DNA of 64,000 bases from the human T2T-CHM13v2.0 reference genome, Homo sapiens, in the NCBI RefSeq assembly GCF_009914755.1, contig NC_060937.1; one strand, 5' to 3'. A model generated the notes under the pieces. That model searched no databases and was not told the DNA's origin. It saw only the letters and a list, made by a program, of their open reading frames with translations. The position numbers were made by a program, and so were the translations under genes. Below, in pieces: positions 54,571 through 64,000 of the stretch (position 1 is its first letter; every line of letters starts with the position of its first letter).

Positions 54571-57500
54571 CCTGGGAATGAGGGGATCATATTTATAATT
54601 AGTGTAAGGCCTAAAAGGCTTCAATCAGGTGAAAAAATAATGTCTGGTTTCTAATGGAGATCCACTGGTGATTTCTCTATTCTCAAAAAAATAGAAAAGA
54701 TTGTCTGCAGGAGAGGAAGGTGGAATCATTATTTTTCTTTTTGACTACACTACTTTTACATAACAGAAATATATTTTAGGCCAGGATAGGGAATGGAACT
54801 GTTCCTGAAATCCTGATTTAAGCTATAACTAAAGTTTAAATAGTCCTGACTTAAACTGTAACTCTGAAGAGATTGTTAAGCATTTGACACTCATTTATGA
54901 CTTAGAACTTAAAAGGATAAAAGTTTCAATATATGATGGTACATTCCCTCATGTTGAAAGTGACAAAAGTTACAAAAGTTTTCATTCAGATTTTGCCCAA
55001 GGTCATGCAGCTACCTCATCAGTCTAGTATAGGCATCTGAACTCAGTACAGGGCTATTATTTCATAACATTAAATCTTACTAATAGCTTCCATTGAACCT
55101 ATTTCTCAGTAATAATTTCAGAAAATTCATTTTTCAGACATCTATGGAAAATTACCTGCAAATAAGGAAAACTTAGCACAGACTATGAAATTATTAAAAC
55201 ATTTTAATTTGTCTAAGGGCATAAATCATAACATTAAAACAATCAAAAGAAAATTGCCTGTAATTCTAAATTTAATAGTAAAATTACATTTACCATAATA
55301 GTGTCTAACGCCATTTTATCTAGCTAAAAATACCTCAAATCAAACAACTAAGGATACTTATAACGACATTTTTTCTCTCACTATCGTAACATCTGCTTGT
55401 TTTACAATGGCAAAACCCACATTCTTTACATAATTTTATCTGTACATATGAGAGCTCAGTAGATTATTAATTCTTTTTTATTCTGACTTACTACTTAATG
55501 CCAGAGTCACATTAGCAAAAACCAATGTTCACTCTAGGCTTGATAGGAAATATTTTAAGATATAATTGATGTTAGATAATATTTTAATATCGGCATGATG
55601 CTATTAAAATGCATGTTTCAAACCAAGTAAAAATAAAATCTGATGCTTGAATACCATCATACCTATTGTCATAATATAAATTGGTAAAATATTTTAACAC
55701 TTTGTAAAGGTCTGTAACAAAATCCTTTCCATCTCTGAATACCATGAATTATTTTCATGCCCATTCATTTTCATATTTAAATTGAAAGTACTTACAATTA
55801 AACTTATTGGAATTTTACTCTAAATGCTTTTTTCATCATGCAGATATTACAGCAGTAGGAAAACTGTGATTAGAATGCCTCCAATAGCTCTCTTTTGCTG
55901 TAAGTTCACACACACAAACATGCATATACACACATACTATTTTTAGTAAGACATATGCAGAAGAAAGCAAGAGTCAGAGACAGAATAAAATGTATCTAAA
56001 GGAGCCATATTCTTGTCATATTAGAGCATTAGTAAAAATTAAAATATCATCTGAGATGTGATTTTCCTGTGTCACCAAGCTTTTAAATTTCAGTGATATC
56101 AAGTGCATTATCCCAGTGATATTTTGCCATATTTGTGGGATGAGTTTTCATCCGATTGACTTTTAAGATTCATTGGAAGCAAACAACACTCCAAATTACT
56201 AAAAAACTGTCTCCATAAATATTTTTCTGTCCATACTTTATTTATATAAGCCAGTACTCTCCAGTAGAGCTATGGTTTTTCATTTATGTTCATTCTGATT
56301 GGTCTGTGTCCATTATTAAGGTTCTCTGCATCCTAGTTGTAAAATATTTTCAATATAATCCTGAATGTACAATATAAAATGGTTAAATTTAAGACTTAAA
56401 TATTTATACTCTTAACCACTGAAATATTGTGAGACAATTACACAATGGTCACTGTTTTAAATACCTATTTGAAGCTAATTTCTAACCAACTCTCTTTTAT
56501 ATGACATAGTATACAGCTTCAAAGGAAATATTTTAGTCAATTATTTCTCCTCTGCAAAGAGACTCTACATCTAATTTGTCAAAACATGACTTTTGTTCTT
56601 TCTAGTTGTATCATCAGTATATGGAAACACTAAGGTAAAATTTGGATTAATTTTAAAATAGCTCATCTCATGAAGCAATAGTTTAAGAAAAATAATATAT
56701 TTAGACATATTATTCATAGATCAGAATTGTTCTTTCAGTTCAATCTGCTGAATCTTGCCTTATCGTTTTAACCCTTGAATATAATTGTATGCTGTAAGTT
56801 TTCCTGATTATTTTCAATATGATAATGAAGTGCCTTTAATCATAACAGTCACTCAAAAATGGGCTGATAGTCAAAGTATTTGACTGACTATTCACACTCC
56901 CTAGGCACACTCCATAGGCATCTAGTGTTGTTGAAAGACCTTCTCAAAAGTAGACTGAAAACCATGTCAACTCTTTCTCCATCTCCCCCTCTTGACCTAT
57001 GCATTTGGAAAGGAAGATTGGTAATTAAATGGCTGTCCCAAGAAGGTATTTTCTCTTCTTGATTGCTTCCGGGTTAATTATGAAGGAAAAAGGGGTGAAG
57101 GATTACATGGGTATTCAGAAAATTCAAGATCCTGTCCTGACCATTTTGGGGCAAGTTAATCCTTCTTTCCCTTTATAGCAACCTCACGCCAACCTGGTTT
57201 GACATAGCTCTAGGTTTCAGCATGACCCAATAGGGACTTAGAGGATTCAAACTTAATTCTTGATCTGCAATCTCGATTATCTTATTGGGCCGACACAGTC
57301 CTAATAAAAAGGTGTCAATGACTAAATTGAGTTGATCACAAATCCTACTACTCTACTGTGTGCAATGTGGGTTAAATTGAACTGGTTTCTTTAAGTTTGG
57401 TACAATATGCTTTTAACCCTCCTGCACCTGACCCTTGCCAAATTAAAGTTCTGGGTCCAAGTGAAAGTGATTAAAAAAAAATGTTGTCTTTCCTATAATG

Positions 57501-58861
57501 GGAACTTGACAACTGGGAATGCAATACCAAAAAACTAGAAGAAGTATGAAGGTTGATATTTGTCTTTTTAGAAGAGTTCTGAAGCCTTTTTAAAGAAAAA
57601 AATGTAGTAGCTCTCCCCAAATGTTGCAAAAACACAAAAACCTTGAGTTTAATAAACTGCTTTTTTGTCCCTGGCCAGACAGCTTTAACCATGATTGACT
57701 GCCACTCCCCTCATCCCTAACTAAAGTTGATCAGAAATAGCTGGTGAGAACCCCAGATCCTGTTCTTCCAGCAAAAAGTACTTCTAACTACCTTTGTATA
57801 TTTTCAAGGTTTCATTCCAGAAGACATCACTTAGACATTCTGTAAGGCAGAAGAATGCCATCAAGTTGGCAGCATGCACTAACAGCACAGATTGTACTGT
57901 CTGCCTTTATGCAGCTCCTTCAAAACAAGACTAGAATCATTTATTCAAGCTGAACTTTAATCCCCAAAGTCTACCAACTACCAATCCGAACCAGCTGGGA
58001 ATTCATGTTGGAGGTAATGTCAACCTATGCACCCCAATTAATGTAGTTCAATACTTGGGGATCCCCAGTGATTTTAACACTGTATTTTCTGGGCTACCAT
58101 GTGTATCTTTAACAATGTACTTCTATTATGGAAGGAAGACATTAACTACCTCCTAAAAATACAATGACTTGTACATTAGAGGAGTCCAAGAGACATTTTC
58201 AAGTGTTTAAGTAAACATCACCAGTAAATCATGTAAACCTCAGATGACTACAGAGATTTCTCCAACAAAAGGCTACCCTTGGTAATCCATGGGAACTTAC
58301 TGGAAGAATAACTGACTCGTTATTTACATATATACCTTTGGCAACTTTTCCTATAATTGGATTCATGCAAATAAAAGAGATGTTTTAAAATTTGTCCCTG
58401 ACCCTACTTGAGGTAAGCGTTGATACTACTTCAGTCATGGAGGTCATTTTGTCAACTTTAACTCACTGGCCAGGGTTGTTATGGATTATGGAATCATCTA
58501 GTTTTTAATTCTTGTGGGTCAAGTTATAGTCTTTAAAGTTGTTAATTCCCACTCTAAGGAGACTAGTGCTTGGGAGAAGTGGAAACGTCAATACGGAAAC
58601 TGAGGGAGAGAGCTACCTGGATATCTAAGGTAGATTCCAGAGGTGTGCTGATTTTAATCTAAGACCTGGGGAAGCAAGGTTAAGGTCAATGCTGCAGGAT
58701 GAAGCCATCCTGCTGTTTGGTGTCATGTTTATAGTCGTTTTAAACTCTGCATGAGACAAATTGAATGGTTTTGTCCCAGGCTTTGTAAGTCAACCAGAGT
58801 GGCTAACACACTGACATACTTCTGTGAATATTCACTGGAAGCCAAGATGCTCTAGAAACAT

Positions 58862-59324
58862 TGTTGGGAGATAATTTGGTTTAATTTCTTTCTTGTGAAT
58901 AAGAAATATACATCCTTTTTTTCAGGACTGCTTTCCATGATGGCTTTACACCAACAGCCTTGGAAAATAGTGACATTTTATTGTAATAGAGTTAACAGTC
59001 TGCTTAGTTACAGCCATAGAAGTTAGATACTGGAGCAAAGGGCAGATGTACTTATTGTTCATTATAAGTTATTTAAGTTTCCTAAGTCCATGTTTTCTTT
59101 AACACTATTTAGAATGTGTGCAAGTGTCATCTAGGCCCTTTTGCATCCTCCAGTGAGGACTGAAGTTCAGAGAATGAGCACAAAAATATTGATTGGCTAC
59201 TACTAACATGTCCCTCATGTTTGAACCACGGGTCTAATGTCTTCAACCAATATTCATGAAGCTGTGTTAGATTAACTTGTCTGTCTCTAAGTCAGTTTAA
59301 ACTTCAGAACTCTCAGTTTTTAAT
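58862..59324 (+). mobile_element. LTR40-like (ERVL) solo LTR
   Basis: TGTTGGGAGATAATT start, AACAGCCTTGGAAAATAG, TGGAGCAAAGGGCAG, CATGAAGCTGTGTTAGATTAACTTGT. Confidence 0.7.
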
Positions 59325-60127
59325 AGTATACAAATATCCTATAAAAATTTCTATTATTAATCAGAATGCTCTGTTATTTTTGTAATATATACTGGATTTG
59401 AATTTGCTTCTATGTCTACTATGTTTTGACCAAATCTGCTGTTAGATTCAGTAACGGCCTTATTTGCCATCTTGCTCTTCTGGAATTACTCCCCTAGCTT
59501 CTCATATAATTATGCAAATCCAAATTACTATAAGAAATCTTTTATCTCATAGTACTCATGTGAATTTGCTTTCTATCTGATACACTAATTGTACATTACC
59601 CAACATCTTCCTACTTGCTGAGTTTCCTCAGATATCAGGCTGCAGTATATTCAGAATAAAGGGTTTCCTTATCCTAGGCTTGTGAAATAACCATAACAGT
59701 ACATTAACCAATGATGAGAATATCACTCCCCTTGACTATAATTGGTGTAGGTGTAGACATATGGCTATATTATTTTTGATAATGTATAAAGTTTTTGATA
59801 TTATTAGGAAATATAATTTTCCATAATAAAAAAGGAAGATAGAAGAGGAAAAAGTACTATCTTTCTTCATGTTTTTCAATAAAATTCAATGAACATATAA
59901 TGCATCAATCTTGTGTAGCCTTCTTGTGAAGATGAGCATATAAGCTTGAGAACAAAAACAAATACAATAGAGATGTCTAAGAAAAAGAATCAAAAATCCT
60001 AAGTCTTCATGATGTTTTTGAGCTGCCATACCAATTCTGGACTATTATCCTTCTGGGAATCTGGTTATGTACATATAAATATATATATTTATATTTAAAA
60101 TAAATTGTTTAGGTCTCATTTAGTTGG

Positions 60128-60498
60128 TGTATTAGTTCATCCTCATACTGTTATAAGGATATACCTGAAACTGGGTAATTTATGAAGCAAAGAGATTTAA
60201 TTGACTCACAGCTCAACAGGCTGTACAGGAAGCATGGCTTGGGAGGCCTCCGGAAACTTGCAATCATGGCAGAAGGCAAAGGGGAAGACAGCACATTCAA
60301 CATGGCCTGAGCAGGAGGAGATGTGGGAGGTGCTACACAATTTATAACAAACATATCTCATGAGAACTCTATTATGAGAAGAGCAAGGGTGAAGTCCGCC
60401 CCCACAATTCAATCGCCTCCTGCCAGACCTTTGCTCCAACACTGGGAATTAAAATTCAACATAAGAATTTGTTGGGTACACGGAGCCAAACCATATCA
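60128..60498 (-). mobile_element. MSTA-like MaLR solo LTR
   Basis: TGTATTAGTTCAT..AGGCTGTACAGGAAGCATGGC..CAAACCATATCA. Perfect 5-bp TSD GTTGG at 60123-60127 and 60499-60503. Confidence 0.93.
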
Positions 60499-60658
60499 GT
60501 TGGCTAGTCTGTTACTTAGAGATTAAAATGCCCTGATATGAACAATATAAAGAAATAAGATATCATTATTAATTGTGGCAATTTGTTCAACTTACATTAT
60601 TTTACAGAGACCTAATTTGTCTTCCCAACATTTTACTTCTGTTTATGCAAATGAATGT

Positions 60659-60668
60659 TGTGTGTGTT

Positions 60669-60702
<34 letters not shown>
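60659..60702. repeat. (TG)n microsatellite, interrupted
   Basis: Read directly. Confidence 0.93.
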
Positions 60703-61744
60703 GACATATACATATCATAATGAATTGTAGTGTTATATCAGCCTACCTGTTCATGTATCTCTCTATCTTCTTTGGTATAAAGCTTTACATCACTCCTGTG
60801 ATACTTAAAACCTAAGAACTTTAGTTACAATTAAATCTTATTAAAAATGTGTACCATTAGCAGTTTTTTAAGTAATATATAATTCAATGTCAGCATGAAT
60901 TTTATTACAATTGAGTTTTGTATTTATGTTGGGTGTAATCTAATTTTATACCATAAATAAATTTGTAAACAGTGTGTGCAACAATCACCTACATTACTAT
61001 GTAACTAAAAATAGCTTGTGAAGTATGCTGTCATGGTATAGAATACATGGTCGTAATTAGTCACTATAATACAAGAGTCATAAGGTACAAATAAGTCTTA
61101 AAAGTATTCTTAAAGCTTTTGATCGATCTACTAATTACCATATGTAAATTTAATGTCATCAGTTAAAACATATTCATTTTTATTTCTAAATTTTTTATTT
61201 CCAGTTTCTGGATCATTGCATGACATCATAATTTTAGCCAATGATAAAACATTCATCCCTTATAGTAAATAAATTTTTGTTTAGATTGAATTTACTACTG
61301 CAGAATGTAAACTGCAAACTCTGTTTTGACTTCATGGATTATTTAGTAATGTGCTTAAAAGGTTGCAGTGTTACTTCATTTTTTAGACTGCACACACAAA
61401 TGTTTATTAATAATTTTATTGTTGTAAATATAAATGTAATTCTCTGCTGCCTCACTGTGATGATTCTTGATTTTTTTACTGAGACAAATTAATTGATTAA
61501 ATATTATAGAAAAGTCATTTCAGTAAAGTGCAAGCATTGCAAATATTGTATTATTCTATTTTTATATACTGTCTAAGAAAGATGAAGGTGCTGCCAAAGT
61601 GGTAGCAATTATGCAACTGAATCTGTTAAATTTTGTTTAGCAATAAACATTACTCTTCACAAATTCACCTAATAAGAGACCAGATGGTTTTCTCTGCCAT
61701 TTACATAAAAACTGCTTATTTACAAATCCTTGGGAATACTTTTT

Positions 61745-61940
61745 TTAACTATTAAACTATTTTTGACAGCTACATGTTTACAGAAAAATTGAATAGAATA
61801 TACATAGCTCCCATATACCTGCTCAGATTATTCTCTCCTTGTATCCTCTGTTAACATCTTGCATTAATGTGGCACATTTGTTGATATAATATTGATATAA
61901 AACTATTAACTAAATTCAATATTTGAGTTTCTTCTTTGTA
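61745..61940 (-). mobile_element. L1MC-type 3' end fragment
   Basis: GTTTACAGAAAAATTGAATAGAATATACATAGCTCCCATATACC..TTAACATCTTGCATTAATGTGGCACATTTGTT. Confidence 0.75.
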
Positions 61941-64000
61941 ACATGATGTACAAGAAGTCACCAGTTTTAGGAGAACAGACTTTTAGGGGTTTAAAATAAT
62001 CCATTACATTCCACATTAAAATCTTGTATGAAGGACCTTATATGGTTTCTCTCAGCTATTTTATTTTTTCTCAGTGCATCTGAACAGTCACTATAACTGA
62101 GAGAAGTAAGGCTTACAGCGTCAATATGGAGCATCATTTGTGGTACTTGTGAAGTATGATTTCAGAATTAAACACCCAAGAACATCTTGGAAATATATTT
62201 CACATGTGTTGTGATTACGCCAAATTAAGTAATCCAGCTCCTTAGCTAGTAAAGACTCAGGTTTCAGATTCTCAGCAGGGCTCCTACTGGTTGGCTCCTG
62301 CTCTCAAACCAGTCTTATAATCATGAGAAACCTGGCCAGTGCCATTTCTGTCTTCCAAGTATTGATCCCCTCTTGATTCTGTCTGCTTTTGCTCACTGCC
62401 CAGTATCTTCAGGTTGTTGTTGTTTTTTAAAAATAGTTGTTCGTTTTTTTTCAGGAAGAAAAAGAAAAAAAGGAAGAAATACAATTTACCCCCCCCTTAC
62501 TCGAAGTGAAACCCCATATTGATAATTCTACTAGACACTTCCATTATGACTAGTGGGTAATGTCATCTCAACCCATGAGGTGACGGTGGTGTTGCTGTTT
62601 ACTGTGGAATACAGTGCTGCTTCTGCTTTACACCATATCACCCATTGGAAACTCCTATCACCCTTGCTGATATGTTTAAATCATTAAAATGATAAAATTT
62701 TGCTGTGCTGAATGCTGTAATTGATGATAATCTTTCTGTCTTCACTTATGTTAAAATCAATTAAGAGAGAATGCCAAGAAACTTCTTTTCCTCTCCAAGT
62801 TTGACCATCTTTAAATAAACAATGACCATGATTGCGTGTATTTACTGGGGGGATAAACTCATGAAAGATGAGATTCATAAAAACTCTGAATTACAGAAAC
62901 CATGCTAAATTTAATATCACCATTTCCTCCAAAAACATGGGGCTTTATTATTCAGGAAAGCTTTTGTGTCAGCCCTGTTTCCTCAGAACACAATTTCTCC
63001 CAGGTACTCATTCTACAAAGGGATTCCAAGAGGACCTGGACATTTCTGAATCTCAACTGCAGACAAAGATACTGCTGAATCCAAGGCTGTACACATACAG
63101 AATTGAATTTTAGTAATGAGCTCAATAACAAAATAGAAATAAAATTTGTTAAAAACACTAGGAGTAAATATACAAATATATTAATAGGCACTGTTCTGAA
63201 TAATAATAGAAAGATTATATCATTCTTGAAATTTTTATAACTCCAATTTTTCTATAATGGTTACTAATTTTATAATCATGAAATGTTCAAAAAAAGATTT
63301 AATATATAGAAGAGAGTGAATAAGACATAAATATCATTTAAAATTTATTCAGGATCACACTATGAGTTAGAGCCAATTTAAATGGTTAAAATAGAAAAAC
63401 ACTTTACTAGCCCCATATCAATACCAAAGGACATGCAGAGGAGATAAAAATCTTAGTTTTTAGTGAGGTGTTTTTTAATTATTTCCTTATGATGTTAGTA
63501 TATATGTATATATATCTGTATGTATGTGCATATGTGTGTATACGTATAAACTCTGTTTATTTTTCTTATATGTACTAAATCTGAGCCTGTCTTCCACATC
63601 TACTTTCTACCTTATATGAAGAATGAAAGTTCTGTGAGTTTTTTCTCCAGTACCAAGCTAAAAACATAGTCTGCCACATTTTAAATGGGGCAATCTTTGC
63701 TCATAGCACAGCAGGCAGCATGAGCTTCATCGTCACATTGGTTTTCCCCATCCCTCATGCCCCATGGGGACAATGAAAATAGTCTGGGTATGTTATTTGC
63801 ACACAGTGAGTTTGTCACAGCTGAGGTAACCTCAAATTTAGGAAAGACCAATTTTTTATAATGTGGTGTGCATAAACCTACCCAATCTTTCTCCTAGACA
63901 AAGAGATTATCTTTATTAAACTGGTGAGCAAACAAACCTGCCTTTTGTCCAGAGGGAAGCCCTGTCTCTCTATCTTCCGAGGCTGTTTGTGACCTAAACA

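Noticed and set aside
62501-62808. Possible minus-strand exon (AAG acceptor, GTAAGG donor)
   Set aside because: Weak polypyrimidine tract, early stops in the frames I checked, and no transcript evidence. Such sites occur by chance.

Overview
AT-rich, CpG-poor primate (human-like) non-coding DNA, either intergenic or deep intronic. I can support no protein-coding gene, RNA gene or CRISPR array. The listed ORFs that I could trace are Alu-, LTR- or microsatellite-derived, and the rest look like chance frames. The window is a layered transposon record: 13 Alus plus one FAM monomer, many solo ERV1/ERVL/MaLR LTRs (two LTR1-type, MER50, MER52/LTR28-type, LTR47-type, LTR40-type, MST, MLT1), L1M and L2 fragments, MIR, and DNA-transposon relics (MER58A, MER20, MER44). 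All family names come from recalled consensus similarity, not a database search. I found no convincing new biological system. The best observations are (i) several local duplication plus fold-back scars resembling template-switch repair, including a tailless rearranged Alu and a 72-bp duplication ending in a perfect 28-bp palindrome, (ii) two divergently oriented LTR1-type solo LTRs that both carry a GTAA target-site duplication (TSD), and (iii) a close inverted Alu pair.
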